From: Gemmatimonadota bacterium
GTDB taxonomy: Bacteria; Gemmatimonadota; Gemmatimonadetes; Longimicrobiales; Gaopeijiaceae
DNA: 64,000 nt
NCBI GenBank assembly: GCA_022826005.1
Contig: JAJDVT010000058.1
Span: 6,605 to 70,604, forward strand
Direction: 5' to 3'
The translations under genes were made by a program, and so were the position numbers. This document shows, one piece after another, positions 10,667-19,190 of this stretch (positions are counted from its first letter, which is position 1; every line of letters starts with the position of its first letter). The notes under the pieces were generated by a model, which was not told the DNA's origin, searched no databases, and was given only the letters and a program-made list of their open reading frames with translations.

Positions 10667-11266
10667 TTGCTCCCCGACCTTGAGCGGGAGCTTCTGCGAA
10701 AGTGCCAGCGGGGCGATTCCCGTTTCTTCGAGCCGATCGTGCGCGCCTACGAGCCCGCGGGCATGAGGGTGGCGCTCGGCATGATGGGGAACCCGGACGA
10801 TGCGCGGGACGCGCTCCAGGACGCTTTCGTGAAGACCTGGCAGACGCTGGGGCGCTTCGATCTGAAACGTCCCTTCGGACCGTGGTTCTTCCAGATTCTC
10901 CGAAACCAGTGCCGGGACGCGCTGCGGAAGCGCAAGGCGAGGTTTCGGCGGGAGGCTCTTGACGAAAGGCTGGAAATGAGGCCGGCGGATCCCGAGAGCT
11001 GCCCCGAGCGGCACAGGGAGCGCCGGGCCGCCAGGGAGCGCGTCTGGACGGCGCTGGAACAACTGAACGAAGACCACAGGGAGATTCTCGTATTGAAGGA
11101 GATCGAGGGATTTCGCTACGGCGAGATCGCAGGCATACTGGGCATACCGGAGGGGACGGTGGCCAGCCGTCTCTTCCACGCGCGCCGGGCACTGGCGGCG
11201 GTGCTGAGGGGTACGGATCCGCGAACGGATGGCGGCCGCGGCGGCCGCGGGAGGACTGGCAGATGA
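10667..11266 (+). CDS. ECF-type RNA polymerase sigma-70 family factor
   Basis: TTG start preceded by GGGAGG. Region 2 (DARDALQDAFVKTW...FGPWFFQILRNQCRDALR) and region 4 (REILVLKEIEGFRYGEIAGILGIPEGTVASRLFHARRAL). Confidence 0.9.
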   Translation: MLPDLERELLRKCQRGDSRFFEPIVRAYEPAGMRVALGMMGNPDDARDALQDAFVKTWQTLGRFDLKRPFGPWFFQILRNQCRDALRKRKARFRREALDERLEMRPADPESCPERHRERRAARERVWTALEQLNEDHREILVLKEIEGFRYGEIAGILGIPEGTVASRLFHARRALAAVLRGTDPRTDGGRGGRGRTGR

Positions 11267-11697
11267 ACAGCAATGTGCCAGCAAAGGTGGAACGCGAGGA
11301 CCTGATGCGGTTCCTCGACGGCGAGGTCACGCCCGAGGAGCGGGCGGTTGTCGAACAATACCTCGAGACGTCGAGCGAACTTCGCCGGGAGGTGGCGATC
11401 TTCCGGTCGATGAAGGAGGAGCTGCAGGGTCTCTCCTTCGCCCCGCACGGCGGGGACTCGCTGTGGAACCGGATTCGCGCCCGCATCACCGTACCGACGG
11501 GGTGGGTGCTGACGGGTTCCGGCCTGGTGGTCTGGGCGGGCTACGGAGTCTGGGCCTTAGTGAGGTCACCGTCGGGGATCCTGATGAAGCTGGCGACCGG
11601 AGGGATCGCGATCGGCGTCCTGGTCCTGCTCGCCCACGTAATCCTGGACAGGGTGCGGGAGTTCGGGACGGATCCCTACCGGCACGTCCACCGATGA
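11263..11697 (+). CDS. membrane anti-sigma factor (putative)
   Basis: ATGA overlap with the sigma gene. The N-terminus (DLMRFLDGEVTPEERAVVEQYLETSSELRREV) resembles anti-sigma N-terminal domains and is followed by two hydrophobic segments. Confidence 0.7.
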   Translation: MNSNVPAKVEREDLMRFLDGEVTPEERAVVEQYLETSSELRREVAIFRSMKEELQGLSFAPHGGDSLWNRIRARITVPTGWVLTGSGLVVWAGYGVWALVRSPSGILMKLATGGIAIGVLVLLAHVILDRVREFGTDPYRHVHR

Positions 11698-12041
11698 TCG
11701 TTGCCACAACGGAGAAGGCCTCGGGGTACACGGTCGTGCGCACCCTGGGCCTGGTGCGGGGCAGTTCGGTGCGCGTGCGGCACGTAGGAATGGACCTGAT
11801 TGCGGGCCTGCGCAACCTGGCCGGTGGCGAGGTCTACGAATACACCAAGCTGCTCGCCGAGGTGCGGGAGCAGGCGGTCGACCGGATGATCGCCGAGGCG
11901 GAGGCGCTCGGCGCGAACGGGATTCTGGCGGTGCGGTTCCAGTCGGCCGAGGTCAGCCGCGCTGCCGCGGAAATGGTGTGCTACGGGACCGCGGTGAAAC
12001 TGCGTCCCGAGGCGAGCGTGCCTGCGATGCAGGGCGAGTAG
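11694..12041 (+). CDS. YbjQ / UPF0145 family protein
   Basis: 115 aa starting at an ATG that overlaps the anti-sigma stop (ATGA). MIVATTEKASGYTVVRTLGLVRGSSVR...GGEVYEYTKLLAEVREQAVDRMIAEAEALGANGILAVRF is the typical YbjQ pattern. Confidence 0.85.
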   Translation: MIVATTEKASGYTVVRTLGLVRGSSVRVRHVGMDLIAGLRNLAGGEVYEYTKLLAEVREQAVDRMIAEAEALGANGILAVRFQSAEVSRAAAEMVCYGTAVKLRPEASVPAMQGE

Positions 12042-12098
12042 GGCCGGCATCCCCGGCACCTGGCCGCCTGCGGTACCATGCGCGGGTTGTCCAGGGGC

Positions 12099-12755
12099 CT
12101 ACTCCCCGGCGGCCTCCGCACGCTGCCGCGTCCAGTGTCCCATCTGCATCTGGTGAATCCGTCTGACGATCACGAGGAGGACCAGCACCAGCGCAACGTC
12201 GAAGCTGGAGATTGCTATTTCGTAGAGAGCATCCACCCGCTCCGCCCGCGGCCCCTCCATGTCCTGCGTCGCCGCCAGGGACGCCAACCCCAGCCCCCAG
12301 AACGGAATGAGCCAGAGCGCCCACCACCAGCCGAGCAGCGGTGACCCGCCCTGCTCCTTCCAATCCTGCGGATCGGCGCTCGCCTTCCAGATCTCCTTCA
12401 TGGCCTGGTACGGCTTCCAGAACCACGCGATCGGCATGAAGTACCACCCGACCGCCGCTCCCGGCGAGAAGGCCAAGCCCGAGGCGCCCAGCCGGCGGGC
12501 GTTGTAGTTGGCGCGATAGATCCACGAGAGGACGAGGATCGCAGTGCCGAGCATCACCCCCATCTCGAACAGACCCCAGAGGATCCCTGCCGCCAGCCAC
12601 GCCGCCAGCGATCCATCGTAGCCGAGGCCGTAGGTGACGTAGGCGCTGTTCATGTAGACGTGAACCAGCGATGTCGCCAGATAGGCGTAAAGAAAACCCC
12701 GCGTCCATTTGGTGAGGGCGGTAGGATCGCGGAAGCCGGCATCCTGCTCACTCAT
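12099..12755 (-). CDS. DUF4328 family membrane protein (paralogue 1 of 3)
   Basis: 218 aa, multi-TM. Core WIYRANYNARRLGASGLAFSPGAAVGWYFMPIAWFWKPYQAMKEIWKAS matches my memory of DUF4328. 8-nt overlap (ATGAGTGA) with the upstream paralogue. Confidence 0.85.
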   Translation of the reverse strand: MSEQDAGFRDPTALTKWTRGFLYAYLATSLVHVYMNSAYVTYGLGYDGSLAAWLAAGILWGLFEMGVMLGTAILVLSWIYRANYNARRLGASGLAFSPGAAVGWYFMPIAWFWKPYQAMKEIWKASADPQDWKEQGGSPLLGWWWALWLIPFWGLGLASLAATQDMEGPRAERVDALYEIAISSFDVALVLVLLVIVRRIHQMQMGHWTRQRAEAAGE

Positions 12756-13392
12756 GGTCGAACTCCCCGGTGCTACGGGTACGGTAGTGTGCCATCTGCA
12801 TCATGTGCACGCGGTTGATGATGCTCACGAGGACCAGCGTCAGGGGGATGCGGAGTACTTCGCGGACGACGTCGGAGATGCTTACGGCCGCCTCCGTGGA
12901 AACCGTCCAGGATATCCCCTGGGCCCCGGTGGTCAGGAGCCACAGACCCCACCACAGGGTAAGCAGAGCCGGCGTCTCCTCCTTCCACCACCGGGAGGGA
13001 CGGACGCTGGCCCGGCAGATCTCCTTCATCGCCTGATACGGCTTCCACAGGGAGGCAAGCGGGATGAAGTACCAGCCCACCGCCCAACCCGGCGTGAATT
13101 GCATCCCCTCAGCACCCAGTGCCCGTGCGTTGTGGTTGGCGCGGTGAATCCAGGCAAGCACCAGAATCGCGGCGGCCACCGTGACAATCGCGGTCGGCCC
13201 CACCAAGAGCACGAGGAGCGATCCAAACGCATCCCTGGCAGGGGCGGGCTCGCCGGTATTCGCCAGGTACTGATAGTCCCGCCAGCTCGCGGCAACGGAC
13301 ACGAGGGCGAGCGGGATGCTTGCATACAGCAAGCCCTTCGTCCACCTGGTCAGTTCCCTGGGATCCCGGAAGGGGGCATCGCGTTCATTCAT
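12748..13392 (-). CDS. DUF4328 family membrane protein (paralogue 2 of 3)
   Basis: 214 aa. Core WIHRANHNARALGAEGMQFTPGWAVGWYFIPLASLWKPYQAMKEICRAS. 8-nt overlap (ATGAATGA) with the upstream paralogue. Confidence 0.85.
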   Translation of the reverse strand: MNERDAPFRDPRELTRWTKGLLYASIPLALVSVAASWRDYQYLANTGEPAPARDAFGSLLVLLVGPTAIVTVAAAILVLAWIHRANHNARALGAEGMQFTPGWAVGWYFIPLASLWKPYQAMKEICRASVRPSRWWKEETPALLTLWWGLWLLTTGAQGISWTVSTEAAVSISDVVREVLRIPLTLVLVSIINRVHMMQMAHYRTRSTGEFDHE

Positions 13393-14155
13393 GATCGGAT
13401 CTCTGGTCTCGTTGCGACTGGAAGTGAGCCATCTGCATTTCGCGAACCTTCAGGATGATCGTCAGCAGAAGCAGCGTCAACGGAATGTGGAGCAGGCCGC
13501 CCGCGAGGCGTATGGCCCCTCCGACAGCTTCCCTGTCGCCCGGTTCGAGCGCCAGCAATGCGACGCCGGACGCCAGCAAGCCACCCCACGCAGCCGTTAC
13601 CCAGAGGGCCCACCACCAGCCCACAAGCGGTGAGCCGCGTTGCCGCCGCCAATCGGAAGGGCATACGCTCGCCTGCCATATTTCCTTCATCACCTGGTAC
13701 GGCTTCCAGAAGAGCCCCGGAGGCACGAAATACCATCCCGCCGCCCATTCGGGCGCGAACCTCATGCCGGAGGCCCCCAGTTGCCGCGCGTTGTGGTTGG
13801 CGCGGAGCGTCCAGGCGGGCACCAGCAACATGGTGCCGTACAGCACCACCATCCGGAGGGTCCACGAGATGGCCCCGGGGATGGATGAAAGCTCGGGCGC
13901 GTTCCCGGTTCCTGACTGGTCAATGGCGCGGATGCAAAGTCGTGCGACCACAATCGCCAGATGTGCGTACAGGAAGCCTCGGGTCCACCGGGTGAGACGC
14001 GTCGGGTCGGTGAAACCGGACCGGTAACCGGTGATGACTCTCCCCAGGGATCGATGGTCGTGTAGCGCGGCGGCGGCGGATGCACTCCTGGCCTGCACCA
14101 GCGCATAGAGAATGATCCGCTTGCAGTCCGCCAGCCGGGCCAGGACCGCCTTCAA
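13385..14155 (-). CDS. DUF4328 family membrane protein (paralogue 3 of 3)
   Basis: Core WTLRANHNARQLGASGMRFAPEWAAGWYFVPPGLFWKPYQVMKEIWQAS. There is no ATG upstream of the domain. The candidate starts are TTG 14155 (TTGA overlap with the methyltransferase stop, with high GC3 continuing to there) or GTG 14098. The track ORF extending to 14581 overlaps the methyltransferase and is rejected. Confidence 0.7.
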   Translation of the reverse strand: MKAVLARLADCKRIILYALVQARSASAAAALHDHRSLGRVITGYRSGFTDPTRLTRWTRGFLYAHLAIVVARLCIRAIDQSGTGNAPELSSIPGAISWTLRMVVLYGTMLLVPAWTLRANHNARQLGASGMRFAPEWAAGWYFVPPGLFWKPYQVMKEIWQASVCPSDWRRQRGSPLVGWWWALWVTAAWGGLLASGVALLALEPGDREAVGGAIRLAGGLLHIPLTLLLLTIILKVREMQMAHFQSQRDQRSDHE

Positions 14156-15138
14156 GGCGCGGCCGCCGGGAAGCCCACACACTCCGGTCCGAAACCGGCC
14201 AGTCTCGCGGCCATGACGCGCGCGGCCTCGGGGTTGGAGTCCACGAGGACGTATTTGCGTCCGTTGCGGGCCGACGCCTCGCCCGTGGTTCCGCTGCCGG
14301 CGAAGAAGTCGAGCACGGTGTCTCCGGGGTTCGAGTGCACCTTGACGATACGTTCGAGCACGCCCAGGGGCTTCTGTGTGGGGTATCCCGTCTTCTCGCC
14401 TCCGGTGGGGCTGACGATGGTGTGCCACCACACGTCGGTGGGCGTCTTGCCGCGGGCGGCCTTGGCCTTGCCGACCAGGCCGGGGGCCATGTAGGGGATG
14501 CGGTCCATCTCGCCGAAGTTGAAGGTGTAGTCGGCGGGGTCGCGCGCGTACCAGAAGATGGTCTCGTGCTTGGCGGGCCACTTGCGCTTCGGGCGGGCTC
14601 CGTAGTCGTAGGCCCAGATGATCTCGTTCATGAACGACGCGCGCCCGAAGATCTCGTCGAGGAGGATCTTGCAGTAGTGGGCCTCGCGGTAGTCGATGTG
14701 CAGGAAGAAGGAGCCGGTGGCGGTAAGGATCCGGTGCGCTTCGCGGAGGCGGGGCGCGAGGAAGGCGAGGTAGTCGTCGTGGCGGTCGTCGTAGCCGCTC
14801 TTGCCGAGGACGGTCGTCCGGTAGCGTGCGCCCTGGAAGCCGGTGCGGTCGCCGCTGGGGTCGCGTTCGACCCGGATGCGGGTACGGTTTTGGGTCTTGC
14901 CGGTGTTGAAGGGCGGGTCGATGTAGATGAGGTGGGCGGAGCCCGGCGCCATGTCGCGCAGGACGGGGAGGTTGTCAGCCAGAATGATGGTGCCGGATGG
15001 GCCGTCCCGGGGCCCCGCGTCCTCACCACCGGAGCGGGCGCCGGACTGGGCCAGGGGTGTATCGGCCAGCTGCCCCGGGCAGTCGGACTCGGACGCAGGC
15101 GGGCCAGCCGGGCGCCCCACGGAGCCGGATTCAGCCAT
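14152..15138 (-). CDS. site-specific DNA methyltransferase, beta-class N6A/N4C family (orphan)
   Basis: 328 aa. Motif IV IYIDPPFNTG (DPPF at 14908-14919) precedes the SAM-binding motif I VLDFFAGSGTTGEA near the C-terminus, which is the beta permutation. I find no restriction endonuclease candidate nearby. Confidence 0.88.
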   Translation of the reverse strand: MAESGSVGRPAGPPASESDCPGQLADTPLAQSGARSGGEDAGPRDGPSGTIILADNLPVLRDMAPGSAHLIYIDPPFNTGKTQNRTRIRVERDPSGDRTGFQGARYRTTVLGKSGYDDRHDDYLAFLAPRLREAHRILTATGSFFLHIDYREAHYCKILLDEIFGRASFMNEIIWAYDYGARPKRKWPAKHETIFWYARDPADYTFNFGEMDRIPYMAPGLVGKAKAARGKTPTDVWWHTIVSPTGGEKTGYPTQKPLGVLERIVKVHSNPGDTVLDFFAGSGTTGEASARNGRKYVLVDSNPEAARVMAARLAGFGPECVGFPAAAP

Positions 15139-15187
15139 GGTCCCGTCGTCCGCGCACCCCCGGGGGTCCGGCAGCCTCGTGGCTCTC

Positions 15188-16816
15188 CTAGTTCCCCCCG
15201 TTGTCGGAGACCGCCCGCTCCTCCTTCGCCTTCCTGACCATCTCGCGCACGTCGGCCAGCAGTTGCCGCGCGTCGTAGACGATGCCGTCCTTGATCGTGT
15301 ACCTGATGCCGCCGACGCGCTCGGTCTCGCCGGTCTCGTCGTTGAGCTTCACCGCACCGTTGCCGTACAGGACCTTGAGGTTCTGCAGCGGGTTCTCGTC
15401 CACGACGACCAGGTCGGCCTTGAGGCCGGGGCGAAGGATGCCGAAGTCGATGCTGGTGCCCTTCGGGTCGTGGAGCTCCTCGGCACCGAAGAGGGTGGCC
15501 GAGCGGATCACCTCGACGGGGTGGAAACCGGCTTCGCGGAGCAGTTCGAGCTCGCGGATGTAGTCGAAACCGTAGAGCTTGTAGATGAAGCCGGAATCTG
15601 AGCCGGTCGTGACGCGGCCGCCGGCGTTCTTGTAGTCGTTGAGGAAGTGCATCCACTTCTGGAAGAACCGCTTCCAGTGATACTCGTCCTCGGTGGTCCA
15701 GTAAAACCAGTAGGAGCCGTGGGCGCGCCGGGACGGCTGGTAGAAGTCCCACTGGCTCGGCAGCGTGTACTCCTCGTGGAAGTCGGCCTCGCGGGAGCGC
15801 ATCACGTCGCGGCTGGCCTCGTAGATGGTCATGGTGGGGTCGATGCCGAAACCGAGTTCGAGGAAGCGGTCGATGAGGTCGTTCCACTGCTCGGAGCCGG
15901 GCTCGGCGGCCTGGTTCCAGAGTCGGCCGACGTTGCCGAAGCGGTGCTGCTCGTCCTGATAGTTGTAGTCGAGCGGCCAGTCCTGGACGCTGTAGTCGGT
16001 CAGCATGGACTCGAAGAGCCCGTAGTAGTGGGTCATCATGTCGAGGCCGACCTCGGCGGCGTCGAGCGCGGTCATGCGCACCACGCCCATCTGGCCGAGG
16101 TGGGCGACGGTGCCGAGGCCGTACTTGTGGGCCTCGTCTATGACGGCGGCCATGATGTCGGGGTCCATGGCGCCGAGCTTGAGGCCGTCGATCTTCGCGC
16201 CGTCCACGTCGACCCCGACAGCCCACTGCACCCACTCGCGCGCCTTCTCGGGGGAGTCCACGGGGCCGCGGTCCCAGGCCTCGCCGGGGCGGGCGTAGGT
16301 GAACATGCGCGGCGCGACGATCTCGTTGCGCTCGGCCGCCGCCTTCTCGCCGAGCGCCCACATCATCGGGCCGTGACCGACGCCGCGCGAGGTGGTGATG
16401 CCGTGCCCCATCCAGAGCTTGTAGACATACTCGGGCTGGGGCGCCTTGGGGTTGCCGCCGGTGTGGGCGTGCATGTCGACGAAGCCGGGCATGACGTACA
16501 TCCCGGACAGGTCGATCGTCTTCGTGGCGCCGGAGGGGCGGCGGTCCTCGTCGATGGGCACGCCTGGATATCCAACTGTCTGGATCTGAACTATGCGATC
16601 GCCCTCGATCACGATATCCACGGGTCCCATCGGCGGGGCGCCGGTGCCGTCGATGATCGTGGCGCCACGGAGGATGAGCCGCTCGTGGGGGCCGTCGCCC
16701 TCGTCTGCGCCGCGGGGGGTGGTGGGCTGCATCTGCGCGGAGAGAGCGGGGGAAATCGCGGCGGCGCCGACCAGCGCCATGGCGAACACGCGAGGCAGGA
16801 CGCGCGGGGACTTCAT
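15188..16816 (-). CDS. secreted amidohydrolase family protein
   Basis: ORF 15188..16945 trimmed to ATG 16816 (MKSPRVLPRVFAMALVGAAAISPALSAQ), which is preceded by AGGAGG. GFVDMHAHTGG metal motif and the C-terminal GSDSG...LKADLVVVDENPL pattern of the amidohydrolase superfamily. Confidence 0.85.
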   Translation of the reverse strand: MKSPRVLPRVFAMALVGAAAISPALSAQMQPTTPRGADEGDGPHERLILRGATIIDGTGAPPMGPVDIVIEGDRIVQIQTVGYPGVPIDEDRRPSGATKTIDLSGMYVMPGFVDMHAHTGGNPKAPQPEYVYKLWMGHGITTSRGVGHGPMMWALGEKAAAERNEIVAPRMFTYARPGEAWDRGPVDSPEKAREWVQWAVGVDVDGAKIDGLKLGAMDPDIMAAVIDEAHKYGLGTVAHLGQMGVVRMTALDAAEVGLDMMTHYYGLFESMLTDYSVQDWPLDYNYQDEQHRFGNVGRLWNQAAEPGSEQWNDLIDRFLELGFGIDPTMTIYEASRDVMRSREADFHEEYTLPSQWDFYQPSRRAHGSYWFYWTTEDEYHWKRFFQKWMHFLNDYKNAGGRVTTGSDSGFIYKLYGFDYIRELELLREAGFHPVEVIRSATLFGAEELHDPKGTSIDFGILRPGLKADLVVVDENPLQNLKVLYGNGAVKLNDETGETERVGGIRYTIKDGIVYDARQLLADVREMVRKAKEERAVSDNGGN

Positions 16817-17000
16817 CCTGGGACCTCCTGGGTTGGCTGAGTTGGGCCGGCGTCCGAGGCTGGCCCGGTCATGGGGTACGGAATCTGAATAGTAGCCGCA
16901 TGGTGGGGACGAGAACAGGACGGCGGGGCGGGATGGCAGCGACATTGGGGATGCGGCCGGACCGGCAGGCGTTCAGCGCGGTCCGCACCAAAGGAGAGCC

Positions 17001-19190
17001 GTGACGGCCTGTGCCCTTCCCCGGGAGGCGCATGCGGCGATAGCGTTGACAATGACTCCCGACGAACGCGGCCAGGCCGCGCCGGATACGCTTGGCCACG
17101 AGGAGGCCGCCGCCGAGATCGCTCGGCTGCGCGCCGAGGTCGATCGCCACAACCACCTCTACCATGTGAAGGCGGCGCCCGAGCTCTCCGACTCCGCCTA
17201 CGACGACCTCTTCCGGCGTCTGCAGGCGCTGGAGGCGGCCCATCCTTCGCTGGCGACACCCGATTCGCCCACGCAGCGGGTGGGAGCCGACCCTCTGGAG
17301 AGCCTTCCAAACGTTGAGCACGTCGTACCGATGCTCTCGCTGGACTCGGCGCACGACATCGACGCGGTCCGCCGCTTCGACGAGCGGCTGCGGAAAGCCC
17401 TGGATGACGACGAGGTCAGCTACGTGCTGGAGCCCAAGCTGGATGGGGCTTCGCTCGAGCTGGTGTACGTCAACGGGGTCCTGGAACGCGCGGTGACCCG
17501 TGGGAACGGCCGGGTTGGCGAAGGCGTAACCGAGAATGTGCGGACCATTCCGTCGGTCCCGCTCCGTCTTGGCGAAGACACGCTTCCAGCGCCGGCGTTT
17601 CTGTCAGTGCGGGGCGAGGCCATCATGTACCTGGGTGAATTCGAGAACCTCAATCAGCGGCGCATCGAGGCCGGGGAGCCGCCCTACCAGAACCCGCGCA
17701 ACGCAACGTCCGGCGCACTCCGCCAGCTCGACTCGCGGATCACGGCGACGCGGCCGCTGACCGTGCTCGCCTACGACGTGATGGAGGTGGAAGGGGCGGA
17801 CTTCGCGACGGACTCGGAGGGACTTGCGGCGCTGAGGGCCTGGGGGCTGCGGACCCCGGAGCGGATCCGCGTGGCGGAGTCGGTGGAGGAGATCGCGGAG
17901 TACCACCGGGCGTTCGACGCCGACCGCGAGTCGCTCGATTATGAGATCGACGGCGTGGTGGTGAAGCTGGACGCGTGGGGGCCGCGGGAGCGACTTGGGA
18001 GCACGTCGCATCATCCGCGCTGGGCGATCGCATACAAGTTCGAGCCGCGCAAGGAGGTCACGCGGATCGACCGGATCTTCGTGTCGGTCGGGAGGACGGG
18101 TGTGTTGACCCCGGTGGCGCTGCTGCGGCCGGTGGAGGTGGGCGGGGTGACGGTCTCGCGGGCGTCACTGCACAACCGCGAAGAGCTGGAGCGGAAGGAC
18201 TTGCGCGAAGGCGACCAGGTGCGGGTGCAGCGTGCCGGGGACGTGATCCCCCAGGTGGTGGAGCGGATCGCGGAGGAGGGGAGGGGGCGGGGGGAGGCCT
18301 TCGTCATGCCGGACGAGTGCCCGTCGTGCGGCACCGAGCCCGTCGAGAAGGGGCCGTTCACGGTCTGTCCGAACCATTTCGCCTGCCGCGCGCAGCTGAA
18401 GGGGCGAATCACGCATTTCGGGTCGCGAAACGCCCTGGACATCGAGGGGCTGGGGTCGGAGACGGCGGCGCTGCTCGTCGACGAAGGACTGGTGAATGAA
18501 CTCGCCAACATCTTCGACCTGACGGAGGATGACCTGGTTCCGCTGGAAGGGTTTGCCGAAGTCTCCGCGCGCAACCTGGTCCGGGCGATCGGGGAGCGTC
18601 GCAGCGTCGAACTGGGCAGGTTCCTGGTGGGGTTGGGGATTCCCGAGGTGGGGGTGGCCGTGGCCGCGGACCTGGCCGCCCACTTCCGCAGCGTGGACGC
18701 GATCCGGGGGGCGGCGCCGGAGGAGATGGAGGAGATCCACGGGGTGGGGGAGAAGATGTCGGCCGCGATCCGGAACTTCCTGGATGAGCCGCGGGTTGCG
18801 GAAGCGCTGGACAGGCTGATGGCGAAGGGCATCAAGCCGACGGCGCCACCTGTGCGGGAGGCGGGCGGGGACGGGGAGACGGATGGGCCCGAGAGCCCCT
18901 GGGCGGGGAAGAGGGTCGTGTTGACCGGGGCGCTCGAGACGTTCTCGCGGAGCGAACTCAAGAAGATCCTGCAGCACTTGGGCGCCCGGGTGACGGGTTC
19001 GGTCAGTGCTCGGACGGACCTGGTGGTGGCGGGCGCAAACCCGGGGTCGAAGCTGGCGAGGGCGCGGGAGCTGGGGGTGGACCTGGTGGACGAAACCGAA
19101 CTGCGAAAGCGGCTGGACGCGAGCGCCGGCGGGCGGGGAGGCTCCGGCGACGGCGGCGACGCTTCCGCCGCGGACGCGGCCACGCGGTGA
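17001..19190 (+). CDS. ligA: NAD-dependent DNA ligase LigA
   Basis: GTG start preceded by AAGGAG. Adenylation motif EPKLDGAS, zinc finger CPSCG...CPN..C, HhH region and a C-terminal BRCT (GKRVVLTGALETFSRSELKKILQHLGARVTGSVS). Confidence 0.93.
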   Translation: MTACALPREAHAAIALTMTPDERGQAAPDTLGHEEAAAEIARLRAEVDRHNHLYHVKAAPELSDSAYDDLFRRLQALEAAHPSLATPDSPTQRVGADPLESLPNVEHVVPMLSLDSAHDIDAVRRFDERLRKALDDDEVSYVLEPKLDGASLELVYVNGVLERAVTRGNGRVGEGVTENVRTIPSVPLRLGEDTLPAPAFLSVRGEAIMYLGEFENLNQRRIEAGEPPYQNPRNATSGALRQLDSRITATRPLTVLAYDVMEVEGADFATDSEGLAALRAWGLRTPERIRVAESVEEIAEYHRAFDADRESLDYEIDGVVVKLDAWGPRERLGSTSHHPRWAIAYKFEPRKEVTRIDRIFVSVGRTGVLTPVALLRPVEVGGVTVSRASLHNREELERKDLREGDQVRVQRAGDVIPQVVERIAEEGRGRGEAFVMPDECPSCGTEPVEKGPFTVCPNHFACRAQLKGRITHFGSRNALDIEGLGSETAALLVDEGLVNELANIFDLTEDDLVPLEGFAEVSARNLVRAIGERRSVELGRFLVGLGIPEVGVAVAADLAAHFRSVDAIRGAAPEEMEEIHGVGEKMSAAIRNFLDEPRVAEALDRLMAKGIKPTAPPVREAGGDGETDGPESPWAGKRVVLTGALETFSRSELKKILQHLGARVTGSVSARTDLVVAGANPGSKLARARELGVDLVDETELRKRLDASAGGRGGSGDGGDASAADAATR

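Noticed and set aside
13385-14581. 398-aa extension of the third DUF4328 gene.
   Set aside because: The extension overlaps the methyltransferase gene out of frame and is Arg/Pro-rich. The DUF4328 homology starts well downstream.
14152-15138. Complete restriction-modification system.
   Set aside because: No endonuclease-like ORF flanks the methyltransferase. Its neighbours are an amidohydrolase and DUF4328 membrane proteins, so only an orphan MTase can be claimed.
14628-16361. 577-aa minus-strand ORF spanning the methyltransferase and amidohydrolase genes.
   Set aside because: It is out of frame with two genes that have clear catalytic motifs, and its composition is extremely Arg/Pro/Gly-rich.
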